A DNA stretch of 64,000 bases, taken from the NCBI RefSeq assembly GCF_026210795.1, contig NC_089432.1, forward strand, positions 5,146,001 to 5,210,000, written 5' to 3'. Within the stretch, counting starts at the first letter, position 1. Each line of letters begins with the position of its first letter. The DNA comes from Rhizophagus irregularis (lineage: Eukaryota). Both the position numbers and the translations under genes were made by a program. Below the pieces are notes generated by a model. The model saw only the letters and a program-made list of their open reading frames with translations, was not told the DNA's origin and did no database searches. This document shows positions 1 through 14,875 of the stretch, piece by piece.

Positions 1-2332
1 TTATTTTACTTACAAAATGACGCTTCTTATATTTTGTTGCACCTGTAGTATTATTTCTTCGTTAATTTGGACATCTGAAAAAAAAATTATTCATAATTAA
101 TAAAATTTTTGTAACTGATGAATAACGATCATACATACCATGTTTTGAAGCTTTTCAATATTAAATAATTTGGAGCTACCTAAAATTATTAAAAATTTGT
201 TATTCGTTTGTCTATTTCAACTACAAAAAAAAATTTTCATGTATTACGAATAAAATTATAATAATTTTAAAATTCCGACTACTTGATTTATTAAAATCTT
301 CGACTAAAAAAAAAAAAAATTATCAACCAATTAATTTTAAAAAATATATTAAATATATTATTGTTATAAATTTAATAATTACTTACTATTATTATCAGGG
401 ATTTCAAAATCATACGGTGTACTGTGAAATGCTGTTAAAGAATTAAAGATATCGTAAAAAAAAAAATTATATACTCAATATACAACCTATGATATTTCGA
501 GACTATTACAATTAAAATATTTTCAAAATAGAAAATTTTCAATTATACCTTCTAGTTCTTATCAAATACAAAGTTAATTGTAATAACTTTAACAACTAGT
601 TCTAACTAATTAATATTGTCAGATAAAATTCTTTTGAGTAATAAAATTCTACTGCATACCATAAACTTATTTAATAAAAAGTTTAAAAAGGTTTACGATA
701 TCTTTACAATACATATTATGCAAAAAAATAACTAATTTCGGAGTTTTTTAAATTGGGAAAAGGTAATTTTGCCTTTACATATTTAGTAATATGATGAATA
801 AATTTATCTAAAAGCACATTATGACTAAATGAAAATATTAGCGTTTGATTTTAGATAAAAATTAAAATAATATAATAACATTATCAACATAATATAATTC
901 AGTATTAATTAATTGAAATTTTCAAGACATAAAATTTCAGATGATTGAAAGTCTTATCACAAAAGGCAAATTCATTTAATTTATATTGTATTTGAAATAA
1001 CCTTTGAATTCTTAATAATATTCATAAGATTTGTACAAAAAAAAAAATACATAATTATTAAAGAAATATACTATAAATTTTTAATTATTCATTCATAAAC
1101 TATTATATATTAAATTATCCAATATGTCAATATTCAATATTTCAGACATTTCTTTTTCAAATCCAAATGAGATAAATTTTTTACTGTATGAAAATAACGA
1201 CACGTTTTACAACAAAAGCATTGCAGATCGTGCAGGTCGATAATCTTGAATATCAAAAAATATCATGTGGTGCACTCACGTGTAAAGAAATTTATCAGAA
1301 CTCACCTGGAAATTTTAGCTAAAAGAAATTGTCAACATATCATATCAACAACAAAAGAAGAGTTGTAAAGGATGTCGAGCTATTTTGAATCACGCTCAAA
1401 AAAGATAACAACAGAAAAATCTGATGTAATGATTAATTAAACAGATATAAGAGAAACCATATATAATTCTTTAACTTTTTTAAGTAATATTAATAAGCTT
1501 TATGAGGGAGAAAATACTGAATTAAGCATGTGTTTTGATATTGAGTTATCAACATTAGTTAATGCGATTTTATAAAATAATGGTAGTGAAAATATTGAAA
1601 ATATTAATTCTGAAATTGGGCATTATATATTATCTCTTATATCAGAAGGTGATGGCTATATGTGGGTTTCCATTTTAGGAGTGAAAAAAAGGGCTCTCTT
1701 CTTCTTGAAAAACAAACAACAAACATTCATTGTTAGATAAACAAAGAGATACTCCTGATTATTTAAAATGATACCGGCATTGTAATAGGTCAAATAGGTC
1801 AATAAACATTGAATTAATATCATTTTTAAGCTAAATGTCATCTTTGGTTAAAAAAATATTTGGCCAAGTTTTAAATTATTGGAAAAGATGAATGATGATA
1901 TTAAAGCACTAAAAAATCGTCAAACTACACTAAAAACTTGGAGAAATTGAACCATAATGCGTTGTATTAGGAATAATATTATATCATATTTGTAAAGTAT
2001 CAAAACAAAACTACTTTAAGAAAGTCAACAATTATAATATTAACAATCTATTAGCAAAAGAAAGTAAAGTATAATACCTTAATAGTTTATTATAACAAAT
2101 AACAAATGTATAAAATAAATTTCTTTACCATTTATTTTGTCAATGAAAAAATACATTCATCATTCATATTATTTCGCGATCAAAATATAATTACCAAAAA
2201 TAATCATCCGAATCATGTGCACAGATCATGTGTAACCTGGCGGTTACCATTTTTTACATGGTGATTCTAGAGTCGTTAGGATGAATCAGATTATCAGAAC
2301 ACTCTATTTACAAAGTAAATAAAAAAAATAAT

Positions 2333-2989
2333 AGAATTGTTCAAACGACGAAGAAGAAATGCAAACTTGTGGCGTACTTTGAAAAATGGGCTGACGCTGC
2401 TAGTGTCATAGATACAACACAAATTGGGCTGGTACTTCATTTAAGTGGACTCGCCACGTATCTCCGACTTACCAAAAGAAGAAGTCTGAAAAGACTCCCT
2501 TAGAACGGTTTTCAAGAAGCGTTAATGATAAGAAGCTGAACCCAAGACAACAACCCTCTAACAGAAATAGGATGATCTCTCAGAACCTAAGAAGACCACT
2601 CACCTGCACTCCTGAGAACAGACAGAAGGCTATGGCTATAGAACTGATTGCTGTACTTAAGTAAGAGATTTCTCTAGGCTGCTTCTGTTGACCTGAAGCA
2701 GTGAGCTTAGGCAATAGGATAGGTTGTCCAGAAAGGAAACGTTGTACTAACCACGGTTTTTCTTTTGTTGTTTTTTTTTTGAGAGTATGTTTAGAGTTTT
2801 TTGTAGTTAGTACAAGAGACTGGCCAAGCCTATTTCTCTTTGGCAGGACGATTCCTGGTATTTGTCATGTACTGGTATTTGGGTTGGGTTAATTTACGCA
2901 AGTTTAGCATTTGTATTATTTTTTTTTATTTGGTAGTTTGCCTTTATGTAATTGCCTCAGTTCTCGTCTTTATGTGAAAAATAAAAATA
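2333..2989 (+). mobile_element. 5'-truncated non-LTR retrotransposon (LINE) 3' fragment
   Basis: GC-richer island ending in an (AAAAAT)n tail, flanked by a near-identical ~16-bp direct repeat AAATAAAAAAA(A)TAAT (~2317-2332 and ~2991-3005); no intact ORF. Confidence 0.5.
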
Positions 2990-3603
2990 AAAATAAAAAA
3001 ATAATGTTGTCATATCATCTGATCTCTCGGAATCTCTCCTTTTTTGAAAAATTCTTGGAGTGTTTTTCATGATCTATTAATAAATGGATTAAGAAATAAT
3101 TTGTATTACTTTCATTACTTTTTTTTTGTTTATAAGTTCTGACATATGTTTTCATCACAAAAAAAGTAAATTATTTTTCAAAAAATTGTTCGTGAAATTA
3201 ATTAATTATTCATTCTAAAACTTTTGTTCTAAACTCATTTCTCATATCATAGAATAATAACCAAATCTGATTGGTCAGTCTATTAGGATCATGACGGACT
3301 GATATTTTTTGTAAATTGATATTTTTTTTTTTATCGGTTAAATATGACTACAAATTAATCCTTTTATAAATTTACAGTTTATTAAATATTACAAAATAAT
3401 AGCATGATCTTGCGTAACTGACGCAATAACTATTATTTAAATGCATTATGAAAACATCAAAAAGTGTAATTTTAATTTTCTTTTTTATTATTCTAAAAGT
3501 TTTAATAACGTTTATTTACCTTTACAAACAAATACATCATTACTCCTAAATATGAATTATATTAATTGTAATCCAGCAATTTATGTTCCCAAAATCATAC
3601 AAA

Positions 3604-5011
3604 CCCTATGAAAAAAAATTTTTGTGCAATATTTGTTCAAGTCCGTGTGGTAATTGTACAATTATTGCAGATTTTTGGATAAAAATAGTTATGAAGTTTT
3701 TCAAAGCATATTAAAAGTATGCAATTTTTGTACAACTTAAATTTAGGATATAGAAAATGTTCAATTTTTGTGTGATTTTTATACAACTTAAATTTAGGAT
3801 ACAGAAAACATTCAATTTTTGTACAATAAAAATTGTGATTATTGTACAACTTGAAAATAGACTTAAATTTAGGATACAGAAAACAATTTTTGGGTAATCC
3901 TATTATACTACTTTCCATCTTACCTGTATGGTTACATTTGACAACTTTTAGGGTCAAATAGACCACTTTTAACCATTACAAATAGATTTTCCTAAGTAAC
4001 GTGATTTATGCAGTAAGGTTACACAAAATTCAACCGCATATTTGCTTATAAACGGGCATCTTCTGGACCCATTGGTGAAATTTTTGTATCATCTTGTAAC
4101 TAAAAAAAAGTCAAAAACTTTTTATTAGGTTACACAATTAGTTCTGACCGGAATTATAATTTGGCCAGAATTATGCGGTAAAAATCAACTCTTAAAATTA
4201 TATATGTTGGTCACGTGATCTGATCGTCAAAATAAATATGATGACGCGAAATGTTTTTATGTTTTTTTAACCTTTTAACTTTTCTTCAACTTTCTTTTAA
4301 AATATCAGGTAAGAAAAACTTGTGTTCTTTATCTTTTTATTTTCCTAACTTTTTACATTTTAATGTTACTAACTTGCTTTCTTCACTAACTTCATACTTT
4401 TTTTTATTACTAATACTAATAATTTACTTTTTAACACTACTAATTTGCTTTCTTCACTAACTTCATACTTTTTTATTACTAACACTAATAATTTACTTTT
4501 TAACACTACTAATTTGCTTTCTTCACTAACTTCATACTTTTTTATTTAATACTAATAATTTACTTACACTAATAATTTACTTTCTTCTTTGATGACACTA
4601 CTAATTTACTTTCATGTTATTAACATACTTTATTTTATTTTATTTTCTTACAAATTTTTATATTTATGATTATATCAAATTTAGTATTTTATTTATGAAA
4701 TATTGTGTATATTTTTTATATTTTAAGTCAATAAAAAAAATTCATAATTTCACTTTATAAATTGCCTGTTATTACTGTAAAATTTAACCTATAATTCCTA
4801 AAATATGGCCTAAAATTTGGCTCAAAAATCACACAATAATTGTATAAATTCAGGTCAAAAATAGGATAATTATTGAATAAATTACCATGCAATAATTGTG
4901 TGATTTATTGCAATTTTTAGCACAATTATTGTATGGTCAAATATACAGAAATTGTAGTGAATTTAATTGAATGCTTTTTCAACAAAAATCACACAGACTT
5001 TTTTCATAGGG
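3604..5011. mobile_element. Non-autonomous TIR element (CCCTAT...ATAGGG, 3-bp AAA TSD) inserted at the 3' end of an F-box/LRR pseudogene
   Basis: CCCTATGAAAAAA at 3604 and TTTTTTCATAGGG ending 5011, AAA on both sides; the flanks rejoin to sequence resembling the 3' end of the 5954-7312 gene; internal tandem repeats at ~3730-3890 and ~4360-4600. Confidence 0.7.
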
Positions 5012-5630
5012 AAATAATTAAGTTCAATAATTTCTTTCACTCTATTAAAACTTCTACTATAACAATTATGATATAAATGTAAAGTTTTTCTACCTTTATA
5101 ACTCCAATTATCAGCAAATAATGTTAAAGATTCTTTATTAAATAAATTTAAATTATTTATGTGAATTTTGTATAAAGTGGAGCTAATTCAACCAATAAAT
5201 CCAGAAATTTATCATGAAATTCGACTGGAATATCAATTACATCTATTGCTACCAAATGCTTGCATTTGATGAAAATGTTCTCTAGTTCTTTCAGGGTTTC
5301 ATCATCTCTTATAAATACTGTAACATATTTTATATTTGGGCAATATATATATATATGGATTGTCTGATTATATTCTTTTACTTGATTGAAATTTTTAGGT
5401 CTGGTTTTAATTTTCCATAGATTTCATTAGTATTTTGAATAATATTTATTGCTATATCAAGTAAAACATTACTAATTCAAGTGTTTGAAGTTCGTAATAA
5501 TTTAAATATATCTCATGTTTAAATTATAGAACTGATCACTTATCCTAATTTGTTGTAAATTTGGAAGGAGAGAATCATGTAGAAAGGGCTTATATGTTTT
5601 TATAATTAGAATGAAACAAACAATTGAATT
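5012..5630 (-). pseudogene. Degenerate 3' half of an F-box/LRR-like paralog
   Basis: Clear nucleotide similarity to ~6000-6620, with indels and no 5' half. Confidence 0.8.
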
Positions 5631-5953
5631 TGGTAAATTATTTTTCAAAAAGTTTTTGTAAATTATGATTTTATTTATTCTTAAATTTATTTTTTTCTAA
5701 ACTCATTTCTCCTTAAAAGTATAAAAGCATCAAAAAGATTTAATCATAGAATAGTAACTGAATCTTAAAAGTTTGAAAAGCATCAAGAAGATTTAATCAT
5801 AGAATAGTAACTGATTCTTAAAAGTATAAAAGCATCAAAAGGATTTAATAACTCTTTATTTATCTTATGCACACAAATACATTATTACTCCTAAATATGA
5901 ATTATATTAATTATATTCCAACAATTTATATTAATAATTATATTTAACCACTT

Positions 5954-7312
5954 TTATATATCAGTCCATGTATTTCCATACAACCAAAAATCATCACTAT
6001 AATAATTAAGTCTAATAATTTCTTTCACACCAATAAATCTTTCACGATGATATAAATATAAAGGTTTTCTACCTCTATAACTCCAATCATTAAAAAATAA
6101 TTTTAATGATTTTATATTAAATGAATCAATATTACCTATGTGAAATTTGTATAAAGTGTGTGGAGCTAATTTAACCAATAAATCTAGAAATTTATCATGA
6201 AGTTCAACTGGAATATTACTTATATCTATGGCTACCAAGTGTTGGCATTTGATGAAAATTTTCTCTAATTCTTTCAGGGTTTCATCATCTTTTAAAAATA
6301 ATGAAACATATTTTATATTTGGGCAATGTTTATGGATTGTCTGATTATATTCTTTTACTTGATTGAAATCTTTAGGTCTGATTTTAATTTTCCATAGATT
6401 TCCATTGGTATTTTGAATAATATCTATTGCTATATCAAGTAAAACATTTACTAATTCAAGTATTTGAAGTTCGTAATAATTTAAATATGATATTCCATGC
6501 TTTAGTTCATAGAAATTATCTACTATCCCCAATTGTTGTAAATTAATTAATTTTGGAAGGAGAGTATCATTTAAAAAGTGTTTATGTGTTTTTATATTGA
6601 AACTAACAATTGAATTTGCATGTTTTTCTAAAGCTTGTTCTATCTTCTCGCAATTCATATAAGATTCCTCAACATATATGTATTTAATCTGTTTTTGCAT
6701 TTCAATTAATTCAGCAGCTCCAGAAAGATCATCGCAAAGTTTTATATAAATTTTTTCTATTGATCTGCATATTTGTGCCAATTCATGATAAAAGTCATTA
6801 TAACTTGAACTTGAAACTAAACGTAACTCAGATAGATTTGAAAGAGAAATATTTGATCCTGGATATTTATATATTGGGTAACTTAACATCTCTGAACACA
6901 AACGTTTTATAGATGAGCATTCACTAATAAAAAGCTTATAAATTTCTTCATCCAATAAACTTGATGATCTTTTTGGAAAACATTTATAAATATCATTAAG
7001 ATATTGACAAAATTTAACATAGTTAAATAGAAGTTTTTGCTTTTGGAAATTTGCTTCAATAATATTTTTATCTTTTAAGAATTTAATCAAATTATCTGAT
7101 AAATGAGAAATGATGATATTGAATAATGATTCATTTTTATAAACAAATTTACTAGGATATCTCCATAAAATTGGGATCATGATTGCATACCAGTGTTTGT
7201 TAACAAACAAACAAGAATGTAGAGATTTTTTATATTTTATTTCATTATTTGTAATTAAGTAATATAAAACTTGAAAAATATATAATAGAACATCATCATT
7301 TAATTCTGTCAT
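5954..7312 (-). CDS. F-box/LRR(RNI)-like protein, Glomeromycota expanded family
   Basis: 452-aa ORF; N-terminus LNDDVLLYIF...SLHSCLFVNKHW...IPILWRYP is a typical fungal F-box-like start followed by LxxLxL repeats. Confidence 0.8.
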   Translation of the reverse strand: MTELNDDVLLYIFQVLYYLITNNEIKYKKSLHSCLFVNKHWYAIMIPILWRYPSKFVYKNESLFNIIISHLSDNLIKFLKDKNIIEANFQKQKLLFNYVKFCQYLNDIYKCFPKRSSSLLDEEIYKLFISECSSIKRLCSEMLSYPIYKYPGSNISLSNLSELRLVSSSSYNDFYHELAQICRSIEKIYIKLCDDLSGAAELIEMQKQIKYIYVEESYMNCEKIEQALEKHANSIVSFNIKTHKHFLNDTLLPKLINLQQLGIVDNFYELKHGISYLNYYELQILELVNVLLDIAIDIIQNTNGNLWKIKIRPKDFNQVKEYNQTIHKHCPNIKYVSLFLKDDETLKELEKIFIKCQHLVAIDISNIPVELHDKFLDLLVKLAPHTLYKFHIGNIDSFNIKSLKLFFNDWSYRGRKPLYLYHRERFIGVKEIIRLNYYSDDFWLYGNTWTDI

Positions 7313-8520
7313 TTTTCTTTTTTTTTTAGGAAATTAAGGGAATAAATTTTTTTTAAAAAAAAGAATGAAAAGGTGTGCAATCAATTTATTCACCATAATA
7401 AATTAAATTAACATATCATATTGAGAAATAATTGCTATAAAATTATTAATCATTAATGGTTTTATTCTCACAATAGTGCTTATTTTCATATTTGTTATTT
7501 GTTGCCGACTTCATAATAGGAATTAAAATTATAACAATATGAATGATAAATACTACAATAGACTTAATATATATTAAAATAATGCATTCATAAAAAATAC
7601 CTATTACGTAATCCTGATAAAACAGTTACTCGGCACTTCGTGCCGAGTAGCTATTAAATATTATCCTTAATTATTATACCATCCCAATTCTAAAATTCTA
7701 TCCTACTATATCAAATTCCAATTTATTAAATTTTTATACAGTAAAATTAATCAAGATGAGAATATGAACTATGAGAATAATGAGATTAATAAGGGTTTAA
7801 TAATAAAATAGTATAGTATAATCGTAAATAATATTAATTTCATATTACAAAATATTATAAAATAATATTAAGATAAAAATCTATAATCACTAGAGCAGAC
7901 ATTAATAAACATAAATTTGAATAATATTAATTGGAATAAATTTCAAATAAACAAAATAAAATAAAAATAAAATAAATTTTTTAGGTCATATTTCTACAAT
8001 GTTTTTTTTCAATTTTTAGTATAATAGTAAATTGAATTAAAACCTTGAAAACTGTGAATACAAAATTATAAATCATTATCCAACACATTATCACATTGAG
8101 AAATAATATATAAAATTATCAGTCATAATATTTGTTACGATTTCATAAGATTTCATAATAAGAATAGTTTAAAATTATAACAATAGTATTAAAACTTGAA
8201 TATAATAGAATATAATATTAGATAAAGCTTATGAAAGTATAGAATAGTTTAATTAATAGTCATTGATGGTCATTCTGATCCGTATAATAATATTGTTATT
8301 GTACGAGCGTTATACCTAATAATGATCTGATGTAGCACGATACCATTATGGAGCATGCCCGTACAATAACATTATAAAGATATTTACTTTGGTATATCCA
8401 TATTGATAAAATAATATAAGAAATATTAATAAATATTTTTCTCAAAAATAATTGCAAATTTATCCTTGTCTAAAATTTTACTTTCCGTAAAAAATTGTTC
8501 ACAAATTAATACATTAACAT

Positions 8521-10259
8521 TTAGGATACGTAATTCCAGAATCCAAATAAAAAAATTGAATTTGAATTATAATTTTGATTATCACATAACCAATTACAAA
8601 TTTCTTTTGAATTCATCTTTTGATTATTAATATAATCAAGAATTTTTTGTTTTAAATTAGATGAATTTCTCTTATTTAATACTTCAAATATAAATTCTGT
8701 AATTTTATTAACTTTTATGATTAAATCATTTTCAGATGAAATATTCTTATTATTAATAATTTCTTCACTTGTTGATGTCATGGATTCCATTATTTCTTTT
8801 GTATCCATCTTATCAAAATCTTGAACTATTCGAGATAATTCTCCGCGTGAAGATTCTTCAACATTATTCAATGTAATATTTTCATTTAATATTTGATTGA
8901 CGTCCATTTTATCAAAATCTTGGATCATTTTAGATAATTCTCCATGTGATGATACTTCAAAGTTATTACTATTTAAAATAGTATCTTTATTTTCTGTTTG
9001 ATTAGTTATCTCGCCAAGTTTTTCATCAAGATTTTCATCTTGTTTTTGATTAATTATAAAATTTAATCTTTCAACGACATCATGAGTAGATGGCCGGTTA
9101 TCTGGGTTATCATTCCAACACTCTAAAAAAAAATACATTTTTTCAATCGTATAATACTATATTAATAATAAATAAATAAAAAAAGCGTTATACCTACCGG
9201 TATAAAGCTTAACATATTCAACGGGAGTATCAGGAACAGCAGTTTCTCTAAGACCTTGTATGATCTGAATGGCTAAACTACCATCATATGATTCTCCCTC
9301 TACATAAAAAGGTGGTTCGCCACTTGATATTTCCCATAAAAGCACACCTACGCTATACTGTATACATCACTCTTCTTATTTAAAGAATATGATCTGTTAC
9401 TAAATTTTTTTGGGTCAATATAAGGAACTACACCAAATATATCTTTCTTCTTTTGAGTAGTTTCCTCAATTCTTTTTGATAGTCCAAAATCGGCTAATTT
9501 GATAATATTTTTACTTATTAATACATTATTAGAGTGCTAGAATTTTAAAAAAAAATAAATTAATGAAATATAAATTAATTGAACAATATAATATAAATTA
9601 TAAAAATAATAAATTGGTAAATTACCAAATCACGATGTATTATATCTTCATCATGTAAGCATGATACGGCACTAGCCAATTGATTCGCAAGATTAAATTT
9701 ATCTTTCCAAGTAAGGTTCTTAAAATTTTCTTTCAAATAATGACTAAGAGAACCACCATCAGCGTACTCCATCACTAAAAGATATTTCTTAATGTCGTTA
9801 CTTTGATTCTCTAAATAAAATAAAAGAATTTATTACTTTCAATTTGAATTATATTAATAATATAAACGTATTATTTTATTTACAGTATTTAATACCTTGA
9901 TCTGAAATAGTAATTCCATAAAAATTAATAATATTATCATGAAAAATAACTTCACGTTGAAGTTCAATCTAAATATTAAAAAATAAAAAATTTTAATCGG
10001 AAATAAAATAAAAATTGGTTTATAATAAGTATTATATAATCACCTCATTAACAAGTTCTTTAATGGCATCTTCATCAATATTAAGAAGAGATTTTAATGC
10101 AAAATATTTAGGTGATTTTTTCCATTTCGCACGATAAACTTTTCCAAAACCGCCGATACCAATTTCTTGAATATTTTTAAAATGGTTATATTCGTAATGC
10201 TTAATATGCTTTTTAGAAATGGCTTCAATTCATTTAGACCATTCATTTGTTTCAGACAT
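8521..10259 (-). pseudogene. TKL protein kinase (kinase-Sel1 family) pseudogene
   Basis: Exons encode IGIGGFGKVY, HRDL, KLADFGLS and CWxxxPxxRP; in-frame TGA at 10230-10232 (W>stop), frameshift near 9355 after DVY, truncated before the Sel1 repeats. Confidence 0.8.
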
Positions 10260-10570
10260 CTTCTATATATTTATAATATTGCTGTGGAAACGTTATGAGT
10301 ACGAAACAAAAAGGAAAAAAGAAAAAGCGAAAATATAAAACTGTCATTTCTAATAAATACGAATTTCATTTAAAATAATTAGATCAGCAACCTACATAAC
10401 ACGTTACATTACACAAACACAGTGCAGGGCATGCAGGTCGATAATCTAAGAAACACAAAAAATATCATGTGATTTTAATTACGTGAACGGCTTCAATTTT
10501 ACATATTAAATGATATACAATTTTTATTTATATATATAATATTTTTTACAAAATAAAAAAAAAAATAATA

Positions 10571-12954
10571 TTACACAAATAATTTTGAATTATGAAAATT
10601 CCCTTTAAACAGTATCATCTCATCTTCCTTCTTAATTTCTTCAAGCAATTTCAATCTATTTTCAGCATCCCTATCACCTTGTTCAGAAGCCTTCTTATAC
10701 CAATAAATTGCTTCATCAATATCCTTTTCAATCCCTTCACCCGCTTCATACATTAAAGCAAGATTATATTGAGCTGATATATTTCCTAATTTTACGGCTT
10801 TTTGATATGATTCAAATGCTTTCATTTTATCAATAGGCGTTCCAACTCCATTATTATAACAATATCCTAACATTGACATACCATCAGGATCTCCATTTTC
10901 GGCTGATTGTTTAAATAAGCTAAAAGCTTTTTTATAATTTTTACAAACACCTGTTCCATCTTTGTACATAAAAGCCAAATTATATTTAGCCAAATTATTT
11001 CCATTATCCGCAGCTTTTTCATACCAATTAGCGGCCTTCCTTGAATTTTTTCTAATACCTGGTATTCCCTTATCATAAATGGTACCCAACTTTAATTGTC
11101 CCATCGCATGACCTTTCTTTGCTACTCTTTTAAAATGTTCGAAAGCGATCTTTTCTTTTTTTTCGACTCCATTTCCAAGTTGGTAACATTCTCCAACGAA
11201 ATATTGTGATAAAACATGCATACTTTCCGATGCATCGAAGAATAAATCAAATGATTTCTTATGATTAATATTAGTTTCAATTCCTAAATAATAAAAATAT
11301 CCAAGTAAAAAAATATAGGTTGGTTTATTTTGATGGCATAATAACCATTTAAACAATTCCTCAGGAGCGATCGTGACCGGTACGGCGCCTTTACTTAATT
11401 CATTCTTACTAAGATAATCAAAAATATATTGCTTCCTCAAACCTAAGGTATTTTTCCCCTCATTTGTTATTTTAAATATAAATGATTCTAATTTATTAGC
11501 GACTAATTCTAAATCTGTTGCCAAAGTATCAATTATTTCTTGAGTATTCATTGCATCAAAATTATTAATTATTTGTGAGATTTGACCGTGTAATGAATTT
11601 AAAGAATTATGACTAATATTATCAATACTTGAATTGTCTTCTATAAGAAAATTCATTTCAAACTCTGGTAGTGAAAAACAATTCCCAGCTATCGAGTTTG
11701 TTTTTAATATAATTGATTTCATAAGAATCGTTTTTAACCTTTCGACCACTTGGTTTATCGTTGGACGATTACACGGTTCACCGTCCCAACATTCTAAATA
11801 AAAAGAAAAAAAAAAAGAAATAATTAATAAATTTATACCTACTGTATTAAAAAAATTTACAATTATATAATATAATTATAATTACCAATATAAAGTTTTG
11901 AATATTCTTCGGGAGTATTAGGAACAACCGTTTCTCTATGACCTTGTGAGATTTCAACGACCAAACTAACGTCATAACTTTCACCTTCAGTATAAAAAGG
12001 AGGTCTATAACTAGATATCTCCCATAATAATACGCCAACGCTATAAACATCGCTCATTTTATTTAACGTATATACTATTATTGGGTCGGTACTATTTTTT
12101 CTTTTACTAAACCTTGTGGGATCAATATACGGTATTACGCCAAAGAATGTTGATTGTGTTGTTGCATCACCTAATCTTTTTGATAAACCAAAATCTGCCA
12201 ACTTGATGTTATTTTGATGAACCAACACATTACCGGAGTGCTAATTGAAATATAAATCGTGTATGAGATTTTATAATTTGAACCTATAAAAAGTAAACAT
12301 ATATTTACCAAATCACGGTGCACAATTCCTTCATTATGCAAACATGAAACAGCACTCGCAAGTTGATATGCCAAGTTAAATTTATTATCCCAGGTGAGGT
12401 TATTAAGATATTTTTTCAAATATTGTTTAAGCGTACCTCCGTCAGCATATTCTAAAACAAATAAATATTTTTTGTTCTCATCCGCTAATGAATAAATTTA
12501 TCGTAAAAAAAAAAATGGAAGAAATTTATTATTATTACCAAATCATTTTCCGGAATAATGAAAATGCATTAAAATTAAAAAGATTACTTTACCTGTTATT
12601 CCGTAAAAGCTGATTATATTATTATGAAAATCAACGTCACGTTGTAATTTTAACTAAATTCGAGAAATAAATATAAATTAAATATGTTACGATAATCGAG
12701 TATATACAGTATATATATATATATTAAATTACCTCATGAACAACTTCTTTGGCAGTAGCATTGTTAAAATTCGAAAAAGATTTTAACGCTAAATATTTTG
12801 AATTTTTCCAATTTGCACGATAAACTTTCCCAAATCCTCCAGTCCCGATTACACTAACATCACTAAATTGTGAATAATCGTAATATTTAAAATATTCTTT
12901 GGTTATAGCTTCTTCTATCCAGTCAATCCATTCGTTTTTGATATTTTCAGACAT
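10571..12954 (-). CDS. Tyrosine-kinase-like protein kinase with C-terminal Sel1-like repeats (about 5 exons)
   Basis: GTGGFGKVY, ALK, HRDL/HSGN, KLADFGLS and SDVYSVG motifs split by GT-AG introns; last exon has several AQYNLALMYxxGxG Sel1 repeats. Confidence 0.9.
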
Positions 12955-14875
12955 ATTTATATATGGAGTAGCGTGTAATTCGTTAATTATTGTATTGATT
13001 AAATAAGAAAATAATAGTAAAAATTAATATTCTTTTTTTTTAAAAAAAAAGGAAAAAAAAGAAGGGAGAATATTTTTATTTTTTTGGAAATTGGTAAGAT
13101 TAAATAACATACTGTATTTCGTTGATTATATTCTTTTTAGATCAGTGTAACTAGAAATTTGCTTATCTCTTTCAAAAAATTTAAAATTTGAAACAGAAGT
13201 TTCGGTTTTAATTACTGAACCGATTAATATATCACATGATATATGAAAACGTGTAGGTTATTTAGGTTGATTTTGAATACCGAATTTTCGGGTAAATCAG
13301 CTGACGATCACAAAATTTCAATTTTGGATAGTGCATAATTCGGCCAAGAACCTATCAATAAAGAGAAATAATACATTCATCGTACAAATTGTATTGTTTG
13401 GATTTTTTTGGTATCGAATTAAAAATTTTGGATTCCCATAATGGTCTAAAGTTCATTCACCATTTGAAAGTGTTCTTATTTAACGCCCAGAATCTTTTCT
13501 TCATAGAAATAATTCACGGAAATATCGAATGTAAATAAACCGACTAATTTATCATATGTACCCTAAATCTTATTTTTTCATTTGTATATAACAAAGAAAA
13601 ATCAAATAGGAAAGAAATTCATAAGAAACTACGGACAATAATAATTCAGCTCAAGTATGTTCGTAAATTTATAATACCGATATCGATATACTGCTGCCGT
13701 GCTGCGGATTAGTTGTGAATTATTTCTCTGTTAGTTTTAAACATATATTGTAAAGTAGAACGATAGTGACATCCATCAAGGATATTGGAATATTTAATAA
13801 TAGTCAGAATGAATTAAAAACAAAAAAAAATTGGAAAATTACGTATGTCAAATGTACGCTCAGATTATTTATGATTATCTTGATTAATATACTGTACAAA
13901 GTAAATTGTTCGTCTAGTTGAATTTTCACTACATATACTAAATTTGGACAAAACTTAAATTGCATTATGATCGAGGATTATTTCTGCGGACGATCACTTT
14001 CCGGAGTCAGAATTAAAGAATTATCGAACTCAAATTCTTATGTTAATCGGTAAATGTTAGTAATATTTTATGATGATGTAATTCTATTGGTACACTATTA
14101 TGAATATCCAAAATCGGGTTTATTAATTTTATTAACAGAAAATTCCAAACAATATTTACGAAATTGTAATTATTATTGTTACAATTCATTAAGGAAAGAT
14201 CTACATGCTTTGTAACAATACGCGTCTAAAAATAGAAACATGGAAATTCCAAGGAAACTTTAATGACGTAAAAGTTCGTTGGGAAAAGTATTTATCGTAA
14301 GTTGTCTGTATTTTCCATTTTATTTATAAACATATTTTTAATTAAATCATTAATGAATTATTTTTTTTTTCTTTTTTTACATTAAATTCATTAAATACTT
14401 ATCAGGAATTTTATTAGATTTCATTTTTTAGATTTCATTTTTTATTAGATTTCATTTTTATTTTTTATTAGATTTCAATTTTTGGAGAATAAGGAGAAAG
14501 AATATAGTAACACAGTAACAAAAAATGATAATCATATACAAATTTATAGTAAAAGGAGTTTATGTTCCGATTTGACACATAAATATGATATAATCATTTT
14601 TTCAAAAAAATTTAAATTTAGTAAATGTGGAACAACTTTTTTTAAGTTTAATGAAACATTATTTTCATTATTTTTTTTTCCCAAGCTTTTTCTTCTTTTT
14701 TTTTTTAAAAAAAAAAAAGAAAAGAAATTAAATGAACATTTAACTTATATTAAAATTCTGTTCAAGAATTAAATATCACGTCAAAATTAACGTACCTAAT
14801 TAACGTTTAAATTAAAATATTTGACATACACTATTAAATTACGAACCACCGCTTTATCTGATATAAACAGAAAAT

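Noticed and set aside
1..560. Possible micro-exons of a minus-strand gene running off the window
   Set aside because: Splice-like signals are visible but no product or reliable structure can be assigned
3637..4460. ORFs of 109 and 69 aa
   Set aside because: Translations of tandem repeats inside a non-autonomous element
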